Part shown: in pieces, positions 28,081 through 38,235 of the stretch
Layout: every line of letters begins with the position of its first letter
Position numbering within the stretch: the stretch's first letter is position 1
Source: Candidatus Oxydemutatoraceae bacterium
GTDB lineage: Bacteria; Pseudomonadota; Gammaproteobacteria; Poriferisulfidales; Oxydemutatoraceae
DNA length: 64,000 bases
Assembly (NCBI GenBank): GCA_965218975.1
Contig: OZ244717.1
Span: 640,001 to 704,000 of the forward strand
Direction: 5' to 3'
The notes under the pieces: model-generated
Told to the model about the DNA's origin: nothing
The model's input: only the letters and a program-made list of their open reading frames with translations
The model's database searches: none
Program-made: the position numbers and the translations under genes

Positions 28081-29778
28081 TTACTCTTTGCTCATATGGT
28101 GGCGCGAATGCACCGGGCGCATCAAGGCATTGCTGACCAGGGCCACGGCCAACAACGCGGCCATCAGGTACATCGTGGTGTTGTAAACTCCGCTGCTGGG
28201 GTCTATCGTTCCTGTCGGCGCAATATCCATTAAACGTGCGATGGTGACGGTTTTCTGTTGAATGAGCAGGTCTAGTTGGTCCAACCCGGCGCCGAATTTT
28301 TCGCGGAAGTCTGCCGGATTAACCTTGCGCGCAAGGTCGTAAATAGCATCGGTCACTGAATTTTTGCGCAAGGCGGTGATTGCCTCCGGACCCAACACGC
28401 CCGCGACGCTCCATGCCGTGAGCAGGCGCCCGTGGATACCGCCGACGAACTTGGTCCCAAAGATGTCGGCCAGATAAGCAGGTATGGTGGCAAACCCGCC
28501 GCCGTACATTGTGAAAATAACCATCGTGGCGGCATAAAAAACAACTAACCAAATTACTGCGGGATGAGCGCTGACCTGTTGTGCCGCGATCGGAATCGAG
28601 CAGTACAGCAGAATCCCGACCGCAAAGAATATCCAATAAGTACGAATACGACCGATATAGTCGGAAAGACTAGCCCAGAAAAGACGCCCGACCATGTTAA
28701 ACGCGCTGATCATAATAACGTAGGTGGCGGCAAAGGCACCGTCTACGATATTCGGCAGGGTGGTTCCGAAGATTTCGGACATCATTGTTTTGGCAACGCC
28801 GAGTACGCCGATTCCCGCCGTCACGTTAAAGCACAATACGATCCAAAGCTGATAGAATTGCGGCGTTTTCAACGCCTGATCTATGTCAACGTCCCGGGTG
28901 GTGATCATTTTGCGTTGCGACTCTTCTTCGCGCGGCGGTTCCCATCCGCTCGGTCTCCAGCCGGGCGCGGGGAGGCGGTAAGAAAAAGCCGCGATCGTCA
29001 TTATCGTAAAATAAAGCAGCCCCAATATTGCGAAAGCGCCCATCGCGCCAACGTCTCCGCTGCCGACAACGTAAACGCCTTCCGGGCCGGGTACGATCAT
29101 TTGGGAAATCTCTTTCGCACCGACCACCACCACTTCAATCAATTCCTCGCCGCGCTCGACAAAACGCCTGCCTTCGCGTGTTATGACATTTAATGCCTGC
29201 GCCGGTCCAAGATATTCCGGCGCTTGATAAAAGTAACGGATCAGTGCCTCTTTAATCGGTGTGGCGATCATTGCGCCGCCGCCGAAACCCATGATGGCCA
29301 TGCCGGTGGCCATGCCGCGGCGGTCGGGGAACCAGCGGATCAAAGTACTGACCGGTGAAACATAACCGAGCCCCAGCCCACAACCACCGATGACTCCGTA
29401 GCCGAGATATAACAGCCATATCTGGTGCAAGTGAATACCCAGTGCGCCGACCAGATAGCCTCCGCCCCAACAGCAAGCGGCGACAAAACCGACGGTGCGC
29501 GGACCGACGCTTTCAAGCCAGCGACCGGCAAAAGCTGCGGCCAAGCCAAGAAATACGATAGATACGGTAAATATTCTTACCACTCCCGTGCCTTCCAATG
29601 ACCAGTCGTCGGCGGCGCTGGTCACCACGCCATATACTTTGATCAACGCGGGATTATAAATACTCCATGCATAAACAGAACCGATGCAAAGATGAATAGC
29701 AATAGATGCGGGTGGTACCCACCAGCGGTTGAAACCGGGCTTGGCGATGATGCGCTCCTTGGAAAAAAGACTGGTCAT
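28081..29778 (-). CDS. MFS transporter, oxalate/formate antiporter (OFA) family
   Basis: GSVYAWS, WFPDRRGMATGMAIMGFGGGA, YGGGFATIPAYLAD.FG. Confidence 0.93.
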   Translation of the reverse strand: MTSLFSKERIIAKPGFNRWWVPPASIAIHLCIGSVYAWSIYNPALIKVYGVVTSAADDWSLEGTGVVRIFTVSIVFLGLAAAFAGRWLESVGPRTVGFVAACCWGGGYLVGALGIHLHQIWLLYLGYGVIGGCGLGLGYVSPVSTLIRWFPDRRGMATGMAIMGFGGGAMIATPIKEALIRYFYQAPEYLGPAQALNVITREGRRFVERGEELIEVVVVGAKEISQMIVPGPEGVYVVGSGDVGAMGAFAILGLLYFTIMTIAAFSYRLPAPGWRPSGWEPPREEESQRKMITTRDVDIDQALKTPQFYQLWIVLCFNVTAGIGVLGVAKTMMSEIFGTTLPNIVDGAFAATYVIMISAFNMVGRLFWASLSDYIGRIRTYWIFFAVGILLYCSIPIAAQQVSAHPAVIWLVVFYAATMVIFTMYGGGFATIPAYLADIFGTKFVGGIHGRLLTAWSVAGVLGPEAITALRKNSVTDAIYDLARKVNPADFREKFGAGLDQLDLLIQQKTVTIARLMDIAPTGTIDPSSGVYNTTMYLMAALLAVALVSNALMRPVHSRHHMSKE

Positions 29779-29849
29779 TCTTTGTCCTCCTTTAGCAAAA
29801 ATAACAGTTGATTTACTCTGGTTATCCGAATGTGGGGCGGGTTAATAAT

Positions 29850-30584
29850 CTATTTTGTATGCTTGAGTTCTTTAAGTAATTCGTGCGGTTGCCGGTAGCC
29901 GTTAAGCAGATGGCCGTTTGGGAGCAGGAAGGCGGGAGTTCCTCTGACACCCGCTAATTCCGCCAATTGCAGGTTGTCTTCCAGCGGATGCTTGCATTCC
30001 TTCGCTGCGACAGCTAGTCCCTGTTTGGCGCGATCAAGTGCTGCACGGCGGTCTTTGGCGCACCATACGTTGACCGCATTGCGGTAAGCACGTTCTCCCC
30101 GGTACGGTGTGAGTATGTAATTAACGCGAATACCGAGCGCATTCACTTCACTCAACTGGCTGTGGAACTTTTGACAATAAGGGCAATCGACATCGGAAAA
30201 TACATTGACCGTATACTGATAACTGTTCGGTGCGTAGCTGATCGTATTCTCGGCATTGATCCGGTTGAGCAGATTCAGGCGCATTTCGCTGTAGGTCTGT
30301 TCGGTCAGGTTAGTTTGCGTGCGCAGGTTGTACACAGTGCCTGCGAACATAAATGTTCCGTTCTCGCTTAAATAGTAAACAGTCCCGTTGATCATAGCTT
30401 CGTAGAAGCCGGGCATAGGCGCCGGTTTAAATCTCTTAATCTCGGCATTCGGAAACGATTGCGACAGGTATTGTGTCGCCTGTTCTACGCTCATTGTTTC
30501 AGCAACGAGTTGCGGCGCTCCGATCATCGTGCAGACTGCGACCAAAACACCATAAAGTTTTACTGCTTTAATTTTTCCCATCAA
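29850..30584 (-). CDS. dsbC: Thiol:disulfide isomerase DsbC family
   Basis: Signal peptide, FSDVDCPYCQKFH, GVRGTP. Confidence 0.85.
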   Translation of the reverse strand: MMGKIKAVKLYGVLVAVCTMIGAPQLVAETMSVEQATQYLSQSFPNAEIKRFKPAPMPGFYEAMINGTVYYLSENGTFMFAGTVYNLRTQTNLTEQTYSEMRLNLLNRINAENTISYAPNSYQYTVNVFSDVDCPYCQKFHSQLSEVNALGIRVNYILTPYRGERAYRNAVNVWCAKDRRAALDRAKQGLAVAAKECKHPLEDNLQLAELAGVRGTPAFLLPNGHLLNGYRQPHELLKELKHTK

Positions 30585-31318
30585 AATTCAAATGCGATCA
30601 GTTCCATTATAATGAACCCACCGGTGGTTTGGTTGGAATTCACGTCCTCTCTGTATTCAAGGCGCACTAGACCGACATTGGGAGCATACCACTCGGAAGC
30701 CGTAAATGTAACCTCATCGCGCGCAATGGACAAGGGGCGCTGTAGGCTAACCGAGCCCGTGCCGCGCACATGCAGGCAATGTTCGAAATACCCGGCTTTC
30801 ACTTCCACAACCTCATCGTCGGCAACAATCTCCCAAGTCATATCATAGTCAACGGATCGTTTGAGCGATTCATTGTCATTTTGCTGCGGACGATTGAGTA
30901 GATAAGGTTTGGTTTTGTAGGTCCATGTTGCTCCGATCGCCGGAGGGTTTTTAATCACAAATCGCGGTATTTTGTCAAAACGCGGATGTCTCTCGACGAT
31001 CGTACGCTTTGCGAGGCGCACGATACCGTCGGTACGTTGCTGCAGATAATAGAAATTGCCCGTATTGGTTTTGCGCACCTGATAAATCGCTCCGTCGATT
31101 GTTTGCGTACCGGTGTCGGTGATAGAAAGTTTACTGCCGCTGCGTCCCGCAGGTGTGGCGCTGACTACTTTGTAATGCCAGCTTAATCCCTGCTGTAACG
31201 GGAAATAACCTTGCGGCGAGTTATTGTTGCCGCAGGCCGCAAGCGCAAGGCTTGCACTTAGCGCAAAACCGTAACGAATAGAACGGAGGTTGCAAATATC
31301 GGTTTGATGTTTGTGCAT
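30581..31318 (-). CDS. Hypothetical lipoprotein
   Basis: LAAC lipobox; YFPL..G..W.Y; EWYAPNVGLV. Confidence 0.75.
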   Translation of the reverse strand: MHKHQTDICNLRSIRYGFALSASLALAACGNNNSPQGYFPLQQGLSWHYKVVSATPAGRSGSKLSITDTGTQTIDGAIYQVRKTNTGNFYYLQQRTDGIVRLAKRTIVERHPRFDKIPRFVIKNPPAIGATWTYKTKPYLLNRPQQNDNESLKRSVDYDMTWEIVADDEVVEVKAGYFEHCLHVRGTGSVSLQRPLSIARDEVTFTASEWYAPNVGLVRLEYREDVNSNQTTGGFIIMELIAFEF

Positions 31319-31340
31319 GTCAGTAAGCTGTTTGGATTTT

Positions 31341-31856
31341 TTACTTGTCGGGTAATTCGGGTGAAGGCAGATCACGGATAATGATTCGCTGCACACGTTC
31401 CTCTATCAACGCTGCCTGTGCAGCGGCGCCCGAACGCACCGGAACCGTTTCAATTTTTCCCATCTGCACGACGTCGCGGCTGATCTGTTTTGCCGCCCTG
31501 CTTGCTTGCTCGTGTAACTCTCGTGAGTACGGCAGGCGGTAAGCACGCGGAATGGTATCCACCTGCTCTTCTCCGCGTGCAAGCACCCATAGATATATGC
31601 CTCCTTCGGTATTAAGCGCTTCGTCGGGCTCTTCGACATAGGTTGACAGCACGACAAACTCTCGCGGCATATCAGAGCCGGTCGGCCATCCGCCAAAACG
31701 CTGCAAAGACGAAAAAGTAACAAAGTATAAAATCGTGGTGATCAGGATTGCACCGCCCTTAACCCACACCGGCCAACGCGAATAAAAACCGAGGTTTAAC
31801 AACAAAACGGCAAGCGCTATGTAAGCAACCGTAATACCGACAATCGCCCCGGTCAT
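31341..31856 (-). CDS. Hypothetical membrane protein
   Basis: Two N-terminal TMs; operonic overlap. Confidence 0.75.
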   Translation of the reverse strand: MTGAIVGITVAYIALAVLLLNLGFYSRWPVWVKGGAILITTILYFVTFSSLQRFGGWPTGSDMPREFVVLSTYVEEPDEALNTEGGIYLWVLARGEEQVDTIPRAYRLPYSRELHEQASRAAKQISRDVVQMGKIETVPVRSGAAAQAALIEERVQRIIIRDLPSPELPDK

Positions 31857-32479
31857 CCCGACTCCACACTGACCAAAGACTTATATAAGGTGTTCATTTC
31901 ACTGATGGTATGATTGCTGCTCAGATGAAAGCGCACAACGGTCTTTTCGTCGCCCGCTTTTTCAAGCAGCGTTTTTCCATAAAATAAAATCTTAAACTTC
32001 GGATTGACTCGTGCAAGTGTCAGTTCCGACATAACCGGCTCGCCGGTATTAGACTTATAATAGTGTAAATTAACAGTATATTCACCCGGCACAACCCGCC
32101 TGATCGTCACGACTTCCTGATTGATTGGATTCACGACTCTTTGCCCGTCCAAGTACATTAAGTCGTTGGTTATACCGCGGTCGTCTCTGTCAAGATGCAT
32201 AAATCCGTCATCAGTGTTTCTGAACCACACCAGTCGCTTTTCAGGATTTTCCACCCAAACATCAATATCGTCGGGATTATGATCGGGCCACTTTACCGTG
32301 ATAACGTATTCCGCTTTCAGATCAATAGTGCCGGTCTTGACAGGCGGATTAAGAAAGACGATGGTGACTAAAAATAAAAAGGTGAAGATCAGTAGAATAT
32401 TAAACAATAGATCTGTGAACGGATCTATTTGACTGTTGGCGGTTTTTTGCTTGGGCGTCATCGTTTGCAGCCGGTGCAT
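31853..32479 (-). CDS. Single-TM protein, ExbD/MotB-like partner
   Basis: DPFTDLLFNILL TM motif; follows ExbB-like gene. Confidence 0.7.
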   Translation of the reverse strand: MHRLQTMTPKQKTANSQIDPFTDLLFNILLIFTFLFLVTIVFLNPPVKTGTIDLKAEYVITVKWPDHNPDDIDVWVENPEKRLVWFRNTDDGFMHLDRDDRGITNDLMYLDGQRVVNPINQEVVTIRRVVPGEYTVNLHYYKSNTGEPVMSELTLARVNPKFKILFYGKTLLEKAGDEKTVVRFHLSSNHTISEMNTLYKSLVSVESG

Positions 32480-32480
32480 T

Positions 32481-33239
32481 CTAGAATCGGACCGTTTCAA
32501 TAAAATGAATGGCGTTCGCCAGCAGTTTGTCGGCGCCACGATCGAGTAGCAAATACTGGGCTCCAAGCAACATGGTGCCCAGTAGTCCGACCAAAGTAGT
32601 GTTCAGCGCAACCCGCATCCCATGCGTCATTTCACTGAAGAAGAGATGTATCTGGGACGGGTCCAGCGTTACTACGCTTGATACCGAAGACAGCATCAGG
32701 ATAAAACCGATCACAGTCCCGAGCAGCCCGAGTTTGACTAATGTGCCGGTGAGAAACCAGCCTGTTTCATGCGGTCCTTTAAGATGCTCAAGCAAAATTT
32801 CATCCGACCGCCGGAGTTTTTGTTCGGCGTCCTCAGGTGTGTCGGAGCGGCGATAGCGTAACGCACTGCTTATATAAGCGGCAATCGGTGAGTTATCGAA
32901 TTCCGCTACGACGGGATTATGCCGCTGGTTTTGCGGGGACTCCGAGTGCATAGTTTGTGCAATGATTTTTATCAATTCATTGCTTTGCGCCGACAAAAAG
33001 CTGCACCTCAGCGCACAATGCGTAGTGCCGCCTAGAAAAAGCGCGGCAATTACTACTGACAGTCTGGTGATATCGGTTTTTACAATGTTCTGGACGAAAC
33101 CGAAATGCCATGCCATCCATGTGGCAAATATTGATACGGAGATAAATGTCAGCCACTGCAACATCAGTATGGAAGAAAGATGGGGCTGAGCGCAGGAATC
33201 ACCGGCGATCAGACTTGAAGGCTGTGTTATTCGACGCAT
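32481..33239 (-). CDS. MotA/TolQ/ExbB proton-channel family protein
   Basis: LGLLGTVIGFI...GMRVALNTTLVGL. Confidence 0.88.
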   Translation of the reverse strand: MRRITQPSSLIAGDSCAQPHLSSILMLQWLTFISVSIFATWMAWHFGFVQNIVKTDITRLSVVIAALFLGGTTHCALRCSFLSAQSNELIKIIAQTMHSESPQNQRHNPVVAEFDNSPIAAYISSALRYRRSDTPEDAEQKLRRSDEILLEHLKGPHETGWFLTGTLVKLGLLGTVIGFILMLSSVSSVVTLDPSQIHLFFSEMTHGMRVALNTTLVGLLGTMLLGAQYLLLDRGADKLLANAIHFIETVRF

Positions 33240-33378
33240 GTCGTCAGCCGGTATGCGATCAAGGCTCGGGTTAACCGAGGAGGAGTGCCGGCAGCCGTTG
33301 TTCTTTTAGACTTGACAGACTGCCCGGTACCAAAGTGCATAATCTCCATACGGGAGTGATCGCGATGAGACATACGGG

Positions 33379-33960
33379 CTAGGGGGATATATTGGTGATA
33401 TACACGGAAACCGCTTTTATATCTGCGTCGCTGAATGTCGCCATCAGGGCACTTTTTGCCGGCGAGTTGTTGCGGGTTTTGTTCTTAAAATCCAGCAGAG
33501 TTTTTTCTACGTAGGACGGATACTGTCCCGCTACTCGCGGCACTCCGCTGGCACCTTCGAAGCCGCCAAGATGGCATTGCACACACTGGCCCTGATTTAC
33601 GATCAGTTCGCCTTTGGCCACGTCTTTTTCGGTCGGCGCCGTAAATTCATTCTGCGGCCATTTCTGTTCGGAAAAGTATTCGGCAATCAACATCAAATCT
33701 TCATTTTCCAGTGTCTGCATAACCGGCTGCATAACCAGGTTTTTACGAGCGCCGCTTTTGAAGTCTCTGAGCTGCAGGTACAAGTAGTATAGATGTTGTC
33801 CGGCGAGGATTGGGTTTTGCGGAATCTTTGATGCTCCGTTCTCGCCGTGGCAGGGGACGCAACTGTGCAGTTTCGTGCGCAGCTCTGCGTATTTGCCCCC
33901 CTCCGGATATACCGCTGCCGCAAGCAGTGTCAAAAACAGGAAGACAACAAAGCGGGTCAC
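33379..33960 (-). CDS. Di-heme cytochrome c4-like
   Basis: CVPCH and CVQCH; start inferred at GTG 33960. Confidence 0.9.
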   Translation of the reverse strand: MTRFVVFLFLTLLAAAVYPEGGKYAELRTKLHSCVPCHGENGASKIPQNPILAGQHLYYLYLQLRDFKSGARKNLVMQPVMQTLENEDLMLIAEYFSEQKWPQNEFTAPTEKDVAKGELIVNQGQCVQCHLGGFEGASGVPRVAGQYPSYVEKTLLDFKNKTRNNSPAKSALMATFSDADIKAVSVYITNISP

Positions 33961-33980
33961 TATCTGTCCATCCTTGCTGA

Positions 33981-34015
33981 AAGCACCGCCGTACCGAAAA
34001 CGTACGGCGGTGCTT
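33981..34015. terminator. Intergenic hairpin (terminator or mRNA stabiliser)
   Basis: AAGCACCGCCGTAC-loop-GTACGGCGGTGCTT, 14-bp perfect stem. Confidence 0.65.
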
Positions 34016-34038
34016 AAGGCCAATAACTAATGCGGTTT

Positions 34039-35730
34039 TTAGTGGTCCAATTTATACGCGATGATCTCGTTGCCGCGTTTGTAGTTCAACTGAACATTCC
34101 CGCCGGCGGCCACCACAATATATTGGTTTCCGGCTACGTTATATGACGACGGCGGTGCGTTCACGCCGGCTTCCGCCTTGTCCTGCCACATCAGTTCCCC
34201 GGTACTCGAGTCATAGGCTCTGAACATGCCGTTACCTTCGCCGGTAAAGACCAGACCGCCACCGGTTGCCAGAATACCCCCGATCATCGGCTGTTCGGTT
34301 TTAACCTTCCATTTGATTTTGCCGGTATTGTAATCGACAGCTGTGACGTTGCCCCATTGCTCCTCACTGGGAATGACCTTAAACGCGCCCCCAAGCCAAA
34401 GCTTGCCGCCGGGGTAAGGGGTTTCTTCGACGTGATAGGTCATCGGTTGATGGAGGTTAATCGCATAAGCTAGGTTTTGATGCGGGTCAATGGCCATAGG
34501 TGACCATTCCACTCCGCCGTTGGCGCCCGGCAACATGCGGGCGCCTTCTTTCGTCGGTAGCACCCAACGGCTTTCCTGAGACACCATGGGCTCGGAGAAT
34601 CTGATCAGCGAGCAGTCGCTTGCGCGGTGAACATAAATATAACCTGTTTTACCGCCGTGCAGCACGCCCTTGACCATATTGCCGTCGTTGTCTTTGACCA
34701 TAGTCAGAATCGGCGGACTGACTGCGTCAAGGTCCCAAACATCATGGGCAATATACTGGAAGTGACAACGGTATTCCCCGGTTTGCAGGTCGACCGCCAC
34801 CAGAGAATCGGTGTAGAGGTTGTCGCCCGGGCGAATCGCGCCGTATAAATCCGGCGAAGGGTTGCCGGCAACAAAGTAGACTATATCGTTAGAACGGTCC
34901 ACCGCCATGTTTTGCCAGACGCCGCCGCCAAGGGTTTTATAAGGGTCGCCCATTTCCTTCAGCATTGCTTTTTCCGCTTCAATATCGCGATGCATATACA
35001 TGCCGGTAGCGTCCTTTGTTGCCCAAACGCCTACCGAGTTTTCCGGTACGGTGTGAAAAGTCCACAATAGTTTGCCGCTATCGACGTCATACGCTTTCAC
35101 AAAGCCGCGAATACCGTATTCTCCTCCATTGGTGCCGATCAACACTTTGCCGTCCACAACTGTAGGCGCCATTGTTTCGCTGTAGCCAAGTGCAGGGTCG
35201 GCAATTTTTGTTTCCCATATCAACTTGCCGGTTTTGGCATCCAGCGCCAGCAGTTTGGCATCCAGCGTTGCCATGAAGACCTTGTTGCCATAAGCAAATG
35301 CGCCTCGGTTGTTCGGACCGCAACAGTAGGTAGTGATCGGACCCATTGTGTGTTTGTAATGCCATAATTGTTCGCCGGTTTTCGCATTAAGCGCATAAAT
35401 ATGATTGAACGAAGTCGTAACATACATCACGCCATTGACAATGATCGGCGATACTTCCAGTGACTCGACAATCTCGGTTTTGAATACCCAGGCACGTTTT
35501 AGCCCGTGTACATTATGGCGATTAATCTGTTGCGCCGGATAGTAACGGGTTTGATTATAGTTCCCGTTCGTATGCAGAAAATTATTCGAGTCGCCCGCCG
35601 CATGATCAAGCATGTCTTGTGTTACGGTCAGCATGTCGCCATACATGACACCTGTTTCGGTTTCTCCTGCCACAGCGCTAGCGGATAGCACGAGCACTAG
35701 TCCTAAGATGAACGTTTTTAAGTAAGTCAT
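34039..35730 (-). CDS. PQQ-dependent alcohol dehydrogenase (methanol/ethanol family)
   Basis: Signal peptide, vicinal [25 protein letters not shown], Trp-docking repeats. Confidence 0.92.
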   Translation of the reverse strand: MTYLKTFILGLVLVLSASAVAGETETGVMYGDMLTVTQDMLDHAAGDSNNFLHTNGNYNQTRYYPAQQINRHNVHGLKRAWVFKTEIVESLEVSPIIVNGVMYVTTSFNHIYALNAKTGEQLWHYKHTMGPITTYCCGPNNRGAFAYGNKVFMATLDAKLLALDAKTGKLIWETKIADPALGYSETMAPTVVDGKVLIGTNGGEYGIRGFVKAYDVDSGKLLWTFHTVPENSVGVWATKDATGMYMHRDIEAEKAMLKEMGDPYKTLGGGVWQNMAVDRSNDIVYFVAGNPSPDLYGAIRPGDNLYTDSLVAVDLQTGEYRCHFQYIAHDVWDLDAVSPPILTMVKDNDGNMVKGVLHGGKTGYIYVHRASDCSLIRFSEPMVSQESRWVLPTKEGARMLPGANGGVEWSPMAIDPHQNLAYAINLHQPMTYHVEETPYPGGKLWLGGAFKVIPSEEQWGNVTAVDYNTGKIKWKVKTEQPMIGGILATGGGLVFTGEGNGMFRAYDSSTGELMWQDKAEAGVNAPPSSYNVAGNQYIVVAAGGNVQLNYKRGNEIIAYKLDH

Positions 35731-35847
35731 TTCTTTTCCCCTCGAGAAGTTGTGGGTTAGCAGTGAATGTTTATCTAACCACATTATAATATACCAAAGT
35801 AATAGTACCAGAATATTATATCGGGCGTCGGGCGAATACTTTTTACT

Positions 35848-35914
35848 AAAAAGTGGCCGATACGCAATAGCAACACATCGGCCACCGCATCAAAGACTTA
35901 CTAATGAGCCATTT
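35848..35914 (-). repeat. ~67-bp terminator-like dispersed repeat, copy A
   Basis: Hairpin GTGGCCGAT...ATCGGCCAC plus T-tract; similar to 62820-62887 in inverted orientation. Confidence 0.65.
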
Positions 35915-36054
35915 AACTAACAAATCTTCGGCAACAGAGTACCTGCTGTTGCTATACTTATCCGAAATGCCTCAAGATGAATGCTTATCGCGTTAAACGT
36001 TGATTGCGAACGACTCTCAGAAGACCGGAATGTAATGTATCGACATTGTGCAAT

Positions 36055-37305
36055 TTAATCTTCAGATAAATTTGCTATTTTGAGCGCCGCAGCCATTTCT
36101 TCGTCATACTCATGGAGCATAGGATCATATTTTTTTGGTATTAAACGTTCACGCCTTGATACGGTCCAAGGATTTGTTAGCCCTTCATAATGGTTGAAAT
36201 ATAATTCATTGTCTATGTACTTTTTATAATATCTGTCGTATAAAAAAGGTTTCCTTTTTACTTTTACTATCCTAAGCAGAAAGAGTTTCAATAACTGCTT
36301 AGTTCTTTCTATAAAATATGCCTCAATTTTCCGCCGGCCGGACGGAAGAATATTTCCGTGAAAGCCGATAGATATTTTTAACCTTTTTTCATAGCGATAA
36401 ATGTTTTTTGGACATGAATTGCCATAATGATTAGTACTACGGTACGGAAAATGAAAAACTCTATTTTGAGCGGCGGTTTTCACATGAGCTCCATCCGCAT
36501 ATACGGTCGGCATCCATTTCCCCGTGATCATCAAGTTAAGCGTGGATGCTCTGGTTTTATCGTTCAAATATCCGAACAAAGGTTTATTGCTAGGATTTAC
36601 TAGGAATTCATCGACATCAAAATTCAAGTAATAAAATGTTTGATTTCTTAGTATTTGATAGCAGTGGTTTAATGCCGCTGTTTTTGCGACTCGGCAATTG
36701 GCCGTCAGAAAGGGAAAATCCCAAGATACAATTCTAATTTCAAGCTTGGGGCTTAGATTATGTAATCCTTGCGCCAATTCGTCCAAATTATCACTGCCGT
36801 TATCGTATATAACAATATATGGCACCTGATGAACACGATGATAATACAAACACCAATCCTTGATTTGCCGGATATGGGTGTTTTTCTGCACAGTTACCAA
36901 AGCCATACCGACGGATTTCTTGAGGGAGAAAAACAGGTTGGGGCGAACCTGAGTCTGATAACTAAAAGAGCCTTGCCTAAATTCGATAGGAATATTACTT
37001 TCCCGATCGATAGTCCGAGCGGGCAAATTTATTTCTAACAGGTTTAATCGCACGGCTTTTCCAAAGCTTGGGCTAAGGTTATAAGGTATCTCTCTGGATG
37101 TATATTTGACTTGCTTTCCTCGGCAAAAAATTTCTATCAAAGAGGTGCTTTCATCATCCGCCTCGCGCGGCGTAGCGAATATTGCAATAATCTTTTTATC
37201 GCTAATGGTTCTAAAAATATCGTAGATACGAGGAATGGCAGAGTGTGTCTCAGTTTTTTTATTCCATTGCATCCCTTGCGGGTAATAAACTTCAATCATT
37301 TTCAA
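36055..37305 (-). CDS. Glycosyltransferase, GT-A fold (GT92/GT2-like)
   Basis: W..YY....IVIYDNGS, LNHC, NFDVDEFL; AT-rich. Confidence 0.75.
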   Translation of the reverse strand: MKMIEVYYPQGMQWNKKTETHSAIPRIYDIFRTISDKKIIAIFATPREADDESTSLIEIFCRGKQVKYTSREIPYNLSPSFGKAVRLNLLEINLPARTIDRESNIPIEFRQGSFSYQTQVRPNLFFSLKKSVGMALVTVQKNTHIRQIKDWCLYYHRVHQVPYIVIYDNGSDNLDELAQGLHNLSPKLEIRIVSWDFPFLTANCRVAKTAALNHCYQILRNQTFYYLNFDVDEFLVNPSNKPLFGYLNDKTRASTLNLMITGKWMPTVYADGAHVKTAAQNRVFHFPYRSTNHYGNSCPKNIYRYEKRLKISIGFHGNILPSGRRKIEAYFIERTKQLLKLFLLRIVKVKRKPFLYDRYYKKYIDNELYFNHYEGLTNPWTVSRRERLIPKKYDPMLHEYDEEMAAALKIANLSED

Positions 37306-37555
37306 TAGAGTGCTTTAACTTCAGACTAATAAAATTCATTGAGGACCGAGCAAATTTTTACCATCAAGAAATTTATAAGCGGTAGATATTATAGTACTAA
37401 ATGCTCCTACGGTAGAAAGGAAATATACAATGCCAATACATTGCGGATAAATTCGAGGGACCTGCAAGCAAGGTCAGTCGCAGCGCTTTGTACACCTGAC
37501 GAAACCGTTATCGGGAAAGCAAGTTGACTGGGCTGCACGATAGGAGCAAAGTGCC

Positions 37556-37760
37556 TGTCGTCCGTGACGCGACTGGGTTCTGTCAACAAGCCCCAGCCCC
37601 GACGTCCTTGTCGGGTCGTTCACCGCTGAAAACCAATTGGTTTTCCGGGCGCGTCTCACCCATGACGAGACTTGGTTCTGTCAATGAGTGCCGGCCTCGA
37701 CGTCCTTGGCGGGTCGCTCGCCGCTGAAAACCGATCGGTTTTCCGGGCGCGTCTCACCCT
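37556..37760. repeat. ~205-bp dispersed element made of two ~98-bp units, copy A
   Basis: Units contain CCCGACGTCCTTGTCGGG and palindrome GAAAACCAATTGGTTTTC; inverted copy at 59183-59387. Confidence 0.85.
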
Positions 37761-37884
37761 GCGCCGGATAGAATGCACAGTATTTCCTTACCCGGTTCAT
37801 GCGCTGCTCGCCGACAGCGGCAGCGGATTAAAGGGTGAGTTTGACTGAGTCGTCAAACGTATGCCTGCTGTCGAACATGGGTTG

Positions 37885-38103
37885 ACTTATCCTAAGTGTC
37901 CGAAGATGAATGCTCGCATTGAACGTTTCAACCGTACCCTGCAAGAAGACTTTACGGACTACAATTGAATTCAACGAGCGTTTATGGTCATACTCGCAGT
38001 GGTACAATATGCGTCGGCCACATGCCGGTTTAGGTCGACAGCTGCCGTGCCGGACGTTGGTCCCAAACAACCCTAAAAATCCGGAATGGACCGGTATCGT
38101 ACA
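37885..38103 (+). pseudogene. IS481-like transposase 3' remnant with terminal repeat
   Basis: PKCPKMNARIERFNRTLQED, then stop/frameshift, then WYNMRRPHAGL; ends ...CGTACA. Confidence 0.75.
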
Positions 38104-38235
38104 AAACGGTTCACAATAACTTTTTTTTGGGTATAATCTAACAGTTGAAATCCAACATATATCTAAATATATATATCCTAATAGAGTTAGATAAACAACT
38201 AATAGAATTAGATAAACCACAACGGAGTTTTTATT

